From positions 365,434 to 429,433 of the forward strand of contig JAQGDQ010000183.1 of the NCBI GenBank assembly GCA_030141605.1: a stretch of 64,000 nucleotides of DNA, read 5' to 3'. Both the position numbers and the translations under genes were made by a program. How positions within the stretch are numbered: the stretch's first letter is position 1; each line of letters begins with the position of its first letter. Below are positions 51,726 through 64,000 of this stretch, piece after piece. This DNA is from Tubiluchus corallicola. Lineage: Eukaryota > Animalia > Priapulida. The notes under the pieces are model-generated. The model had not been told where the DNA came from. It saw only the letters and a program-made list of their open reading frames with translations, and ran no database searches.

Positions 51726-52616
51726 ATGTCGGGCACTTTATTACTAAGCGAAGCAGAAAAAACATTTATTGTGCACGGTGTACAGGAGAATCTGCGGATT
51801 GATGGTAGACAATGCAGTGATTACAGACATATTGACATAGAGACAGACGTGATTTCTAGCGCTAACGGTTCTGCTAGATTGCGACTTGGTAAAACTGACA
51901 TCCTGGTCGGCGTTAAAGCAGACTTGGTCGACACGCAGCCGGAAAGCCCGAACAAAGGGAGGCTGGAGTTTTTTGTCGACTTTTCTGCGAATGCCGCGCC
52001 AGAATTTGAAGGTAGAGGCGGAAATGAGCTTGCGTCTGATATTAGTAGCACACTGGCAAGGTCCTACAGCTCTCCTAGTTGTAAAAAAGTCCTGGAAACG
52101 CTGTGCGTAATCCCTAGGGAAAAGTCCTGGGTTCTTTACGTCGACATCCTGATCCTAGAGTGCGGAGGCAGTTTGTACGATGCCGCATCTGTTGCCGTGA
52201 AGGCTGCGCTGCACTCCGTAAAGATTCCCGCGATAAACGTCGTAAGCAAGGACGGCGGAAGACCGGAATTGGAGCTCTCGGATGATCCGCACGACTGCAG
52301 GAGAATCGAAACTTCCCACTTTCCGTTGATTGTCAGTTTGAGCAAGATTGGAGACAGTCACGTCGTCGATGCCTGTATGGAGGAGGAGACGTGTGCGTTT
52401 GCATCTCTGATGGTAGCCGTGACGACGTCGGGTACGATCACCACGATAAAAAAGTCCCATCATGGCAGCCTTCATCCGGAAAGCGTCTTCGAGATGATGG
52501 AAACGGGAAAGCAGGTCGGCGTGAAGCTGAACAAGGCACTGCTGAAGATTTTGCAAAAAGAGGAAAAACAACGAAAAGAGCCAGGCGTGGAAGGAACAGC
52601 AAGAGGATTCTTATAG
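51726..52616 (+). CDS. EXOSC7: Exosome complex component RRP42 (RNase PH family), intronless CDS
   Basis: MSGTLLLSEAEKTFIVHGVQENLRIDGRQCSDYR...GRLEFFVDFSANAAPEFEGRGG...WVLYVDILILECGGSLYDAASVAVKAAL...RGFL*; an in-frame ATG also lies at 51717 but falls before the acceptor gttcag at 51724. Confidence 0.96.
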   Translation: MSGTLLLSEAEKTFIVHGVQENLRIDGRQCSDYRHIDIETDVISSANGSARLRLGKTDILVGVKADLVDTQPESPNKGRLEFFVDFSANAAPEFEGRGGNELASDISSTLARSYSSPSCKKVLETLCVIPREKSWVLYVDILILECGGSLYDAASVAVKAALHSVKIPAINVVSKDGGRPELELSDDPHDCRRIETSHFPLIVSLSKIGDSHVVDACMEEETCAFASLMVAVTTSGTITTIKKSHHGSLHPESVFEMMETGKQVGVKLNKALLKILQKEEKQRKEPGVEGTARGFL

Positions 52617-52862
52617 ATTTGCCGCATCTTTGAAAGACTTTAAAATTGTGAAATGTATCAAGTGTCGACTACTTAGTAAATATGTTATCAAATGTTGCAT
52701 TAACACTGATATCTTTTTCCCGTGAGTGATGTAAATATTGTGAAAAGTAGAGATGGTTCAGTTTTATCAGCTGCTTTTCGTAAAATAGTAATTTTTATCC
52801 ATTTTCATTTAAAAACATTAAATTTCTACTTTATTTTAAAATACCCATTGCCCACACAGTAA

Positions 52863-53213
52863 TGCACTCACATCTCGGTTTGCCGGACAAAAGCGGGGAG
52901 ACGTTGGTCCGAATTTGACGATTGTCCATATTTTCTGATACTCGGCTGTCTGTTAGACTCGTGGTAATGTGCAATTAATCGCTTAGTTGTCTGAAAAACA
53001 TCTAGTACAGGCCATTCCTGACGTACAAACAACACACGCATAGTTACTCCCGGCTTTGTTGTGCAGATGTAAGTAATGGCCTGCCAGCTAACGGTCAGCT
53101 CGCGAAACAACGGATTGTGTCCGTAGTATGCAGGACTTTTAACGGTCCAGATTTATTCAGACTTTTCCGATATCCGTAAAAGGGAAGTCTGGCAAGCCGA
53201 GATGTGAACGTAC
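52863..53213. mobile_element. PIF/Harbinger-like MITE
   Basis: About 25-bp TIR gcactcacatctcggtttgccggac / gtctggcaagccgagatgtgaacgt. Confidence 0.65.
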
Positions 53214-53673
53214 ATCGATTGCATTTAGATCTTATATAACTAACGATCATCCATGAGTATGCATAGCTCCATCTATTGGGAAGAATGTGAAATTAGGGTT
53301 TTGCCCTAAATAATGTTGTGTGCACACGTGATTATGTACATCAAAACGAGAAATCAAGAAATGAAGTTCTTTTGTAAATTCCACCATATTTTGTTATTTT
53401 GAGAACAAAATGTGCTAAAATAGTATCATAAAGTAGCCAAGACTTGAAATTTTATTTGTTCACAGCAGAGCGGCAGTATTAAGGGTGCATCCACAAATTT
53501 CAATTTCGACTTAATTGCAGTAATGTGCTTCAGTTGAAGTTCCAGTATCATTTGACATTTTCTTTCAGATTAAGTCAATAGCGCTGTAGTAATTCAGTGT
53601 AGAACTCATTTAAGGTGTGACGATTAACGTCAGATTTCCGGATTTACTTGGGAAATTACTTGATTGTTTAGAG

Positions 53674-54075
53674 CAGGGGTGTGCAAATTATCTGACTAGC
53701 CGGGCCACATTAAACTTTCCTGCAATTCCTGTGGGCCACATGCAGTTTGGTCGAGGAGCCAAGTACAGTAGGACCTAATAACGATTTTTTTTGCATCCGA
53801 TTTGCGTACATCATTACTACTGCACTACTACACTCAAGAAACTATTTTAGAAGTTATTGAAATTTATATTAAAAATCATATTTCGTCATGTCCGACAGTG
53901 ACATTAAGTGACAACGGTCTTGTAAGGGTTAATGCCATCCGATCTAGAGGAAAAAACTACCCGCACTATGGTGCAGATTTCAGCTGGATCGCATGGGCCG
54001 CACTTTCATTATGTTGACAAACCTCTTCGCGGGCCACACAAGATCTCTCGGCGGGCCGCAGTTTGCACACCCCTG
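53674..54075 (+). mobile_element. hAT MITE family A, short variant
   Basis: TSD gtttagag. Confidence 0.93.
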
Positions 54076-54193
54076 GTTTAGAGTGACTTCATATAGTTCT
54101 GTCATCAAACAAGTTTTTTGATTGCTGAATGTGACGAAGCTGTAAACATTGTAGTTCATTTTGTTTTGGTGATTAGTTTTGTTAGTTTAATTT

Positions 54194-54741
54194 GTTAGAC
54201 TCACATGAGTAGTTTGGCCACAGCTTCACCATTGTAGACCTTGTTAGACTTACATGTGTAGTTTGGCAACAGCTTCACTGTTAGACTTACATGTGCAGTT
54301 TGGTGACAGCTTCACTGTTAGACTTACATGTGCAGTTTGGCGACAGCTTCACTGTTAGACTTACATGTGCAGTTTGGTGACAGCTTCACTGTTAGACTTA
54401 CATGTGCAGTTTGGTGACAGCTTCACTGTTAGACTTACATGTGCAGTTTGGTGACAGCTTCACTGTTAGACTTACATGTGCAGTTTGGTGACAGCTTCAC
54501 TGTTAGACTTACATGTGCAGTTTGGTGACAGCTTCACTGTTAGACTTACATGTGCAGTTTGGCGACAGCTTCACTGTTAGACTTACATGTGCAGTTTGGC
54601 GACAGCTTCACTGTTAGACTTACATGTGCAGTTTGGCGACAGCTTCACTGTTAGACTTACATGTGCAGTTTGGTGACAGCTTCACTGTTAGACTTACATG
54701 TGCAGTTTGGTGACAGCTTCACCATTGTAGACCTTGTTAGA
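54194..54741. repeat. 37-bp minisatellite, about 14 copies
   Basis: Unit gttagacttacatgtgcagtttggtgacagcttcact. Confidence 0.95.
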
Positions 54742-55840
54742 TTGTTGTAAGTTGATTATCAAAATACAGAATCTACATTATCTGCATTTCTTTAAATAAT
54801 TCTTACCATGGAAACTCAGTTTATTCACATCAAGAACACAATTACACAAGTCTAACTCAACAATTTAAACCAAAGACACTACATCAAACCTTGATGTATA
54901 AACCATATAATATATATATAGTATTTGGGGAAAATACTTTGTAGTAATATGTAAACGAAGTGTATAGCATCGGTGACAGGACACAGCCTTGAGGAGCTCC
55001 TGTATTGATTTATTGATAATCGTTTCATAAAATCAGATAAGATGTATTACTAAATCTGTGTGTTACTCCAGATGAAATTAGCATTAATTTCAATTTAGGC
55101 TCCACAAAGTAAGTAAAATGAAAAATAACAGTATTTTATTTACGCATTGTTAAACAAGTACTCCGGTTTTATAGGCTTTTCATAATAGTAAGCCCATTAC
55201 ATTGTACAACAATTTTCGAGGCTATACAATGCAATATATTTCATGTTTTAAGCTTTAATAGACAAATCCTAGTGAAATATGCAAACAGAATGTTAACAGA
55301 ACGTTTGCAATTTGCATCTTGTTTAATATGTATATATATATATATTTGCTGTAAAATAGATGTAATATTTGATAAAAACGTTACAACAGACATCAGTCAG
55401 TGTTAGTAGCTAAATTTTCCTGTTGAAGGCAAATGCGTCCGGTTAGTAATCTAAGAAAAATAATGTAGTTAGTTGCTACTTCTAAAATTTACAAATTACA
55501 TTTACACACACAATTTTATTCAAATTATGTTACAAACGGTTAACGAGTCACAGAATGTACAATTTTAACTGGATACTTTTAACGCGAGAACTAATTGTAC
55601 GTACCAAGAACTACACAACTCACACTATACAACAATAGGAAATTTTAAAGTACATACTTTACACAACACAAGAAATCACAGTATAAACATTATAACGCAT
55701 TGAAACATCATGTATACATAAATTTAGGACTGAGAGTCGATAACAGCACTGTGTGTTCATACTAAAGTAGTTGCTGATTACAGACTACGTATATAGTGAA
55801 TTTAGATGTATTAAAATTTACCATCTTGCATATACGTGAG

Positions 55841-56153
55841 TGATGTACCTGGATTTCTATCTAGTAGAAATAACGAAATACAGTACACCATTATGCGTGT
55901 CGCCGAACTACTTTATTTACAATCCCACTTCTGACACCATGTTTTATGTTGATGTACCTGGATTTCTATCTAGTAGAAATAACGAAATACAGTACACCAT
56001 TATGCGTGTTGCCGAACTACTTTATTTACAATCCCACTTCTGACACCATGTTTTATGTTGATGTACCTGGATTTCTATCTAGTAGAAATAACGAAATACA
56101 GTACACCATTATGCGTGTTGCCGAACTACTTTATTTACAATCCCACTTCTGAC
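55841..56153. repeat. 109-bp tandem triplication
   Basis: tgatgtacctggatttctatctagtagaaat... three times. Confidence 0.92.
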
Positions 56154-56554
56154 GCATTAATACATTTACAACGTACAAGCAGTGTGTTCATCTATTTCTT
56201 GTAAACAGGTTTCATCGACGCAAGCAGGGGGGATACGTGTCGATAGCAGGTGCATCGTGTACCGTTTATCAAACGCGCATACCTGTCAAAAACTTAGTCG
56301 TAAAAATTATTAATTATTTTCGATCGATAAAATTTTGCACGCGAAAATAGTTGCGACGTCACGAAGCTGCGTGAAGTACCCGTATTAAACAAGTTGCAAA
56401 CGTTCTGTTAACATTCTGTTTGCATATTTCACTAGGATTTGTCTATTAAAGCTCAAAGCATGAAATATACTGCATTGTATAGCCTCGAAAATTGTTGTAC
56501 AATGTAATGGGCTTACTATTATGAAAAGCCTATAAAACCGGAGCATTTATTTAA

Positions 56555-57010
56555 CCCTTTCATACCCGTTGTATCCCATGGGATACGAGAATATTTTCTG
56601 CCCTTAAAATTAACAAAATTTTAAAACTGACAGTTATTTGATCTGTTAATAGTTATTTTGATTTAAGCCAATAACAATAGACTAAAAATGGTAATAAAAT
56701 GGCAAACTAGAAAATCTACATAGCATAAAAAACTGCGCAAGGTACAGTACTTTAGAGACGACTTTGTACAGATCAGCACAGCATGCATACTAAATGTCTT
56801 AAATACTTTAAAAAATTATCAGCAGTTGCAAAATGAAGCACATTTTATGCTTCCATTGAATCCCAATGTATCCCGTGGGATACAGGCTATATTTAGCACG
56901 CGGGCACAGGTAGAAAAAAATAATTATGTGTAAACAAGATGGACATACTGAACAAAAGTACCAAGCCAAAAATTTTTTCTTATTAAAAAAATAATTTGGG
57001 ACTGAAAGGG
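56555..57010 (+). mobile_element. piggyBac-type MITE
   Basis: TTAA|CCCTTTCA...TGAAAGGG|TTAA; the empty site is visible in the paralogous arm at 55150. Confidence 0.93.
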
Positions 57011-57164
57011 TTAACAATGAGTAAATGAAATACTGTTATTTTTCATTTTACTTACTTTGTGGAGCCTAAAGTGAAAAATTATTGCTAATTTCATGTGGAG
57101 TAACACACTTATTTAGTAATACATCTAATCTGTATTCTATCTGATTCTATGAAACGATTATCAA

Positions 57165-58195
57165 TAAATCAGTACAGGAGCTCCTCAAGGCTGTGTCCTG
57201 TTACCGATGCTATACACTTCGTTTACATATTACTACGAAGTATTTTCCCCAAATACTGTACTATGATGGTAAAATTTAGCTGATGAAACAATGCTTACTG
57301 GCTTCATTTGCAGTAACAACGAGAACAATTATTTTTGTGGAGGTTCAAAATTATGATGGTGCGAACTGAATAATTTAGAACTCAATGTTTCAAAAACAAA
57401 AGAGATGATCGTAGATTTTAGAAAAAAGTCCGATGGAAAAACACCTTTACTTGTAAATAACGCAGACGTAGAAGTTGTTGAAGATTTCAAATTTCTACGA
57501 ATAAAATTTTCAGGTGATCTAAAATGGCCCGCCAGCGACCTTTTAAGACAGGGGTGTGCAAATTATCTGACTAGCCGGGCCACATTAAACATTCCCGCAA
57601 TTCCTGCGGGCCACAGGCAGTTTGATCAAGGAGCCAAGTACAGAAAGGCCTAATAACGATTTTTTTGCATCCGACCTGCGTACATCATTACTATTACACT
57701 CAAGAAACTATTTTAAAATTTATATTACAAACCATATATTTCTACTTTCAGGACAGATAGTGGTAATTTCATTACAATGCATATTAGTAATGTGTATCAC
57801 ACAGTCTGTGTAGTACAGTGACATTAAGCTACAACCATCATGTAAGGGTTAATGGCATCCGATCTAGTAGAAAAAACTACCCGCACTATCTTTGGGATCG
57901 TGGCACGGACTTCAGCTGGATACACTCAATTAATCGCCCAGGCCGCACTTTCATTAGGTTGACAAATCTCTTCGCGGGCCGCACAAATTCTCTCGGTGGG
58001 CCGCAATTTGCACACCCCTGATTTAAGACAAGTTAAATCATTTAACATTGCCCTGCTGTGATGAAGAGATTTTTCAGGCAGTGATTAACAGTGACTTAAC
58101 GACATACGTCGCTCTCTGGTATGACGCTACAACGCAGGAAGCTCGCAAGGTTGTTAAATCCGCTTCAAAAATTGTAGGATACGAACAACAACCTA
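57165..58195 (+). mobile_element. Rex1/Babar-like LINE RT remnant, split by a hAT MITE
   Basis: TGAPQGCVL, NNLELNVSKTKEMIVDFRK, VEVVEDFKFL, DLKW, then ALWY..KVVKSASKIVG. Confidence 0.85.
57549..58020 (+). mobile_element. hAT MITE family A inserted in a Rex1-like LINE
   Basis: TSD ttttaaga/atttaaga. Confidence 0.92.
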
Positions 58196-58921
58196 TATAT
58201 ATATATATAATAATCTTTATTTGCCATTAAAATACATTGATAATCACTGATAAAAACTTTACAGAGATGATCAATCAGTGTTAGTTAATAAAAACTTACA
58301 CTGCTAAAGGCAAATGCATCAGTGCAATCTAAACTACTGTGCAGTAATGGAAAGTAACGACGAATAAAATCAAACGTATTTACAACTATGCACAAAAAAA
58401 CTGAAAAAAAACTATGATTTAATTAATATGGCCATGAATATATGAATTCTGAATTAGTGTGTATGTTGTCGTACTGGTGTGATGGTATTTCATATCTGCT
58501 TAATATTAGTGATATATATATATATAATAGTAAATTTGATCACTGTGTATGACTTATTAGCACTTATGCAGCGTCTGATGGAATTTATTTTGTTCTAGCA
58601 TATTTGTTGTAGAAACTACAAACTCTACAAACGTTTAGGCGTTAAAAAATCACACTAACGTTAACACGCCGCAAACAGTTGTGGAGCCGTCTGCTATAAG
58701 TAAGTTATTGTTGTTTCACAGTGCACTTGACTCTTGAATGTTTGATAGGAGCGGCGACGGCGATTACCAACTTTAAGTTGGGACGACGACGACGATTTTT
58801 TAGCAGTCAGTGTTAATATCGCTGACTCTGTGAAAATAAAAAGTAAAATGAGAAAACTTATTATAATTTGAATAGGGCATTTCTTCCAACATTACTTTTA
58901 GGGACATATCTATGTAAAAGT

Positions 58922-59444
58922 AACTACGGCCAAATCACGCTGAAAACACCGGTTCTCGTCTGATCACCTAAGTTAAGCAACGTAGAGCCTGGTTAGTACT
59001 TGGGTGGGTGACCGCTTAGGAAGACCAGGTGCTGTAGGCTTGCGGGATGCCCACACTGCATCTCGACACTAGGTGGAGGAGCTGCACAAGGCAGCCAACG
59101 GCTAGAGAGCGGAGGAGGTCAAGTGACCCTTCCAAATCAGGAGTGGAGCCCCGAAGGCGGGCCAGTGCAGCATGCTCACTGACTCCGGCAGCTCCTGCAG
59201 CCAACCTGGTGCCAAATGTATCGCTCCGCTTTCCTTTGGACTACACCAGGGAGGAAGAGAGGGGGTTCCTGTTGTCTGCATCTCCATACATCTTGCCCAG
59301 GTGTGCACCCTGGAGAGGCCACTCCAGTGGTTCAAGGATCGGATTGCTCAGCCACCGTCGACGCTGCAGCTCCATCAATGTGATCAATAACTGACTCTCT
59401 TGGCGCACACTCCATTGTCTTCCGACACAGAAGGATGCCAACAA
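58922..59444 (+). mobile_element. 5S rRNA-derived SINE with RTE-like tail, full length
   Basis: 58922-59041 is a full diverged 5S sequence with no T-run terminator; a 400-bp body follows and ends in a SRIGLLSHRRRC-coding segment and a short 3'UTR. Confidence 0.9.
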
Positions 59445-59518
59445 TTTTATTTGATTATCAGAAACACTTTGGCGTTATTGTAGGTATGCCTCGGTTGTCT
59501 AATATTGATGTGGCTTCC

Positions 59519-59759
<241 letters not shown>

Positions 59760-60134
59760 ACGAAGAAGATGTTTCCTGCAAACTGTGTGAACACTAACCC
59801 GGTCAAACAAATACCACGATTCTCTAATATTGATGTGGCTTCCATCAGCTCTATATTCAGCCGTAATGATACCAAACTGTTGTGGACTATATTCACCAGT
59901 GCCTGAAATGTTTTGCACAATAATCACTGCTTCTTGTAGGACTGATAACATAATGCAAAATGTGTTAATTATACTGCTAGCCTCTGTTTATAAGACTTTT
60001 ACGATCGTCAGTGTATTAATGTTTTGGAGAAAATTTTGGACCAACTTACAATGTTATTTTCCGTGCAGCTACGCTGATCATAATGTAATCATAGTCCTTG
60101 CTTACTTGCCGATTTAGGCTGTATTATATTTGTG

Positions 60135-62012
60135 CAAAATAAGTATATCTTGTGTACTTTATTCTGATTATGAGCTAGAAAGTACCGTGCAATGCTACAA
60201 ATACGTGTATCTTGTGTACTTTATTCTGATTATGAGCTAGAAAGTACCTTGCAATGCTACAAATACGTGTATCTTGTGTACTTTAATTCTGATTATGAGC
60301 TAGAAAGTACCGCGCAATGCTACAAATAAGTGTATCTTGTGTACTTAATTCTGATTATGAACTACAAAGTACCGTGCAATGCTACAAATAAGTGCATCTT
60401 GTGTACTTTAATTCTGATTATGAGCTAGAAAGTACCGTGCAATGCTACAAATAAGTGTATCTTGTGTACTTTAATTCTGATTATGAGCTAGAAAGTACCG
60501 TGCAATGCTACAAATAAGTGTATATTGTGTACTTTAACTATAATTATGAGCTAGAAAGTGCCGTGCAATGCTACAAATACGTGCATCTTGTGTACTTTAA
60601 TTCTGATTATGAGCTACAAAGTACCGTGCAATGCTACAAATAAGTGTATCTTGTGTACTTTAATTATAATTATGAGCTAGAAAGTACCGTGCAATGCTAC
60701 AAATAAGTGTATCTTGTGTACTTTAATTATGATTATGAGCTACAAAGTACCGTGCAATGCTACAAATAAGTGTATCTTGTGTACTTTAATTCTGATTATG
60801 AGCTACAAAGTACCGTGCAATGCTACAAATAAGTGTATCTTGTGTACTTTAATTCTGATTATGAGCTACAAAGTACCGTGCAATGCTACAAATAAGTATA
60901 TCTTGTGTACTTTAATTCTGATTATGAGCTACAAAGTACCGTGCAATGCTACAAATAAGTGTATCTTGTGTACTTTAATTCTGATTATGAGCTACAAAGT
61001 ACCGTGCAATGCTACAAATAAGTATATCTTGTGTACTTTATTTGATTATGAGCTAAAAGTACGTGCATGTAAAATAGTGTATCTTGTGTACTTTATTCTG
61101 ATTATGAGCTAGAAAGTACCGTGCAATGCTACAAATAAGTGTATCTTGTGTACTTTAATTATAATTATGAGCTACAAAGTACCGTGCAATGCTACAAATA
61201 AGTATATCTTGTGTACTTTATTCTGATTATGAGCTAGAAAGTACCGTGCAGTGCTACAAATAAGTGTATCTTGTGTACTTTAATTCTGATTATGAGCTAC
61301 AAAGTACCGTGCAATGCTACAAATAAGTGTATCTTGTGTACTTTAATTCTGATTATGAGCTACAAAGTACCGTGCAATGCTACAAATAAGTGTATCTTGT
61401 GTACTTTAATTCTGATTATGAGCTAGAAAGTACCGTGCAATGCTACAAATAAGTGTATCTTGTGTACTTTAATTTGATTATGAGCTAAAAGTACCGTGAA
61501 TGCTACAAATAAGTGTATCTTGTGTCTTTAATTCTGATTATGAGCTACAAAGTACCGTGCAATGCTACAAATAAGTGTATCTTGTGTCCTTTAATTCTGA
61601 TTATGAGCTAGAAAGTACCGTGCAATGCTACAAATAAGTGTATCTTGTGTCCTTTAATTCTGATTATGAGCTAGAAAGTACCGTGCAATGCTACAAATAA
61701 GTGTATCTTGTGTACTTTAATTCTGATTATGAGCTAGAAAGTACCGTGCAATGCTACAAATAAGTGTATCTTGTGTCCTTTAATTCTGATTATGAGCTAG
61801 AAAGTACCGTGCAATGCTACAAATAAGTGTATCTTGTGTCCTTTAATTCTGATTATGAGCTAGAAAGTACCGTGCAATGCTACAAATAAGTGTATCTTGT
61901 GTCCTTTAATTCTGATTATGAGCTAGAAAGTACCGTGCAGTGCTACAAATAAGTGTATCTTGTGTCCTTTAATTCTGATTATGAGCTAGAAAGTACCGTG
62001 CAATGCTACAAA
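60135..62012. repeat. 63-bp minisatellite, about 30 copies
   Basis: Unit gtgtatcttgtgtactttaattctgattatgagctacaaagtaccgtgcaatgctacaaataa. Confidence 0.97.
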
Positions 62013-62235
62013 AGTCTGATGTAAAGAAAAATAGAGAAACGTATAGATAGTTAAGGTCATTTCATCTGTGTTGAATATTCTAGAACTGTTCCATCCATTA
62101 ACAATTATTAATGCTAATACATTCAGGTGTTACAGCACTGATACCACAAACTATTTACAGAAATAGAATTTCATGTATAAAATAAACACACGAAAGCCAT
62201 ATTCTAAGTTAAAAAAAACCTCAAATATTTTTGCA

Positions 62236-62300
62236 CTCCAGTGGGTGTCGAACCCCGGGTTTCTGCTTTGCGGGCAGCTGCGCTACCCACTTCACCACAA
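62236..62300 (-). mobile_element. Degenerate tRNA-like SINE head
   Basis: The minus strand shows GTGGTGAAGTGGGTAG..GGGTTCGACACCC A/B-box-like motifs; no full cloverleaf; a similar remnant lies near 27505-27565. Confidence 0.4.
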
Positions 62301-62468
62301 AGTCACTGACTTTTAAGTCTTGGAAATTTACTATAGCTTTACTCACCACAATTTTACATTCGCCAATAAAAATATAATGATTTGTGATCTGTACATAAAT
62401 ATCTAAAAACTTAACTCAAAAACCTTCCATACAAAGTTATATTGCTCTTCGTATCGCTTACCTGCTAT

Positions 62469-62875
62469 TAGGGGTGAGCATTCTCTACCAGAAAGCGAAT
62501 TCGAATCGAACCGAATTTGCGACTTTCGAATTCGAATCGAACCGAACTTCAGTGTTTCGAATTCGAACTGAATTCGAATTGAGATTGAACGAGTTTCGAA
62601 CAAGTTTTCGAACCACCAGTAAAAATTAGTCTTACAAAGATCATGTGTATCACTAGATTTTGTTCTGCAATAAAACGACTAGTAATTTGTTTAAAATTGT
62701 GCGCAGAAATCACAGCTAAATTATGCTAATTGCATGATGTTTCAATCGTTTCAGTGATAAAGAACATGTGTGATTGAAGTGCTGAATTATTCGAATCTAC
62801 AGTTTTGGATTCGAATCGAGTTGGAACTAAAAAAACTCGTTCGAATCGAATTCGAACGTTCGATGCTCACCCCTA
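62469..62875 (+). mobile_element. hAT MITE family B
   Basis: TSD cctgctat. Confidence 0.92.
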
Positions 62876-63596
62876 CCTGCTATAATTCAATAGAAAAGAA
62901 AATTCTTAATCATTTAAAATGCTCCCGCCAACTGGTAAAACGTCACTGCATCACCATCCCAGTGTGCACCACTGGCTCACCAAAAAAACACGTTACTGAG
63001 CTTTTTGACGATGTAAAATAATTTAAACTTTTGCTCAGTTAGCGAAGAGTAGACTACGAATGCTCTGATTATTTTTTCAAATTTTGCGCAATGTTATCAG
63101 ACTGTCTAAACTTGCCACAAACGACTTTCCATTAAAATGGCTGCACCTAACGGTCATCGCGGGAGTTTAAATTTACATGTTTTACATAGCGTTACTGCCG
63201 ACGCAAGCACTGCATGCAAAAAGCCACCACAGGAATTTAAATTACAAGTTTTACCAGTTTAAACTCTGTTTGCATTGAGACAACTTGTAGTGATACAAAA
63301 TTTCAAAACGAATTTTTAAGCTTTATTTATGAAGAGTGTTTTCTTGTGTTTTAAATGTACACATCAATGCAAACCAGAATCAAGTTTGTATTAATTGCTG
63401 TAGGTACTTCATAGATAGAAATTATTAAATAATAAATAATATTCTTTCACAAATAATTACAAGGTAACCAACAGGCGACGGAGCGACACTCTGGTGGAGG
63501 AATGTAGCTACTGAACCTTGCAAGAGAAGGCGTTCATGCACACTACACAAATCAACACCCATGTCGGTTTATCGTCACTACATTTTACATTGTTAA

Positions 63597-64000
63597 CCCT
63601 TTCAGTCCCAAATTATTTTTTAATAGGAAAAAAATTTTTGGCTTGGTACTTTTGTTCCCAATGTGTCCTGTTGGATCACAACATTCTTTGTCATATGCAA
63701 GAAATCACAGTCCGACTTTTTTAAAAACACAACAAAAGCAAAAAATCTGCTTCATTTTGCAACTGCTGATAATTTTTTAAAGTATTTAAGACATTTAGTA
63801 TGCATGCTATGCTGATCTGTACAAAGTCGTCTCTAAAGTACTGTACCTTGCGCAGTTTTTTATGCCATGTAGATTTTCTAGTTTGCCATTTTATCACCAT
63901 TTTTAGTCTATAGTTATTCACTTAAATCAAAATAACTATTAACAGATCATATAACTGTCATTTCTAAAATTCTATTAATTTTAAAGGCAGAAAATATTCT
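63597..64000 (-). mobile_element. piggyBac-type MITE, second copy (runs off the window)
   Basis: TTAA|CCCTTTCAGTCCC; reverse match to 56555-57010. Confidence 0.88.

Noticed and set aside
52868-53110. 80-aa ORF downstream of EXOSC7
   Set aside because: It lies inside a TIR-bounded MITE and has no recognisable motif.
58922-59041. Functional 5S rRNA gene
   Set aside because: It has substitutions, no T-run terminator, a shared retroposon body and a 5'-truncated sister copy.

Overview
This is an AT-rich, intron- and repeat-rich animal (invertebrate-like) genomic window; the organism cannot be named from sequence alone. It holds four protein-coding genes. (1) The last four coding exons of a DEG/ENaC/ASIC-family sodium channel lie on + at 1872-8080. 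(2) A complete 13-coding-exon Polycomb gene Scm/SCMH1 lies on - at 38691-14542 (about 767 aa: two FCS zinc fingers, two MBT repeats, SLED, SAM); every splice phase was checked by hand. (3) and (4) An intronless LSm6 CDS (50301-50546) is followed closely by an intronless EXOSC7/Rrp42 CDS (51726-52616), each with a splice acceptor just before its ATG. The rest is mobile DNA: several hAT, Tc1/pogo, piggyBac and Harbinger-like MITE families, most with readable TSDs, plus MetaSINEs, a 5S rRNA-headed SINE with an RTE tail, and RTE, RTE-X, Rex1 and L2/CR1 LINE remnants. There is also a Penelope-like remnant with a hammerhead motif and at least 13 minisatellites, several demonstrably amplified from adjacent sequence. 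The strongest leads are the operon-like LSm6-EXOSC7 pair (ancestral gap about 135 bp), the 5S-RTE SINE, a 31-bp antisense copy of an Scm exon inside an Scm intron, and the hammerhead-bearing element. All repeat-family assignments come from motif recognition, not database searches.
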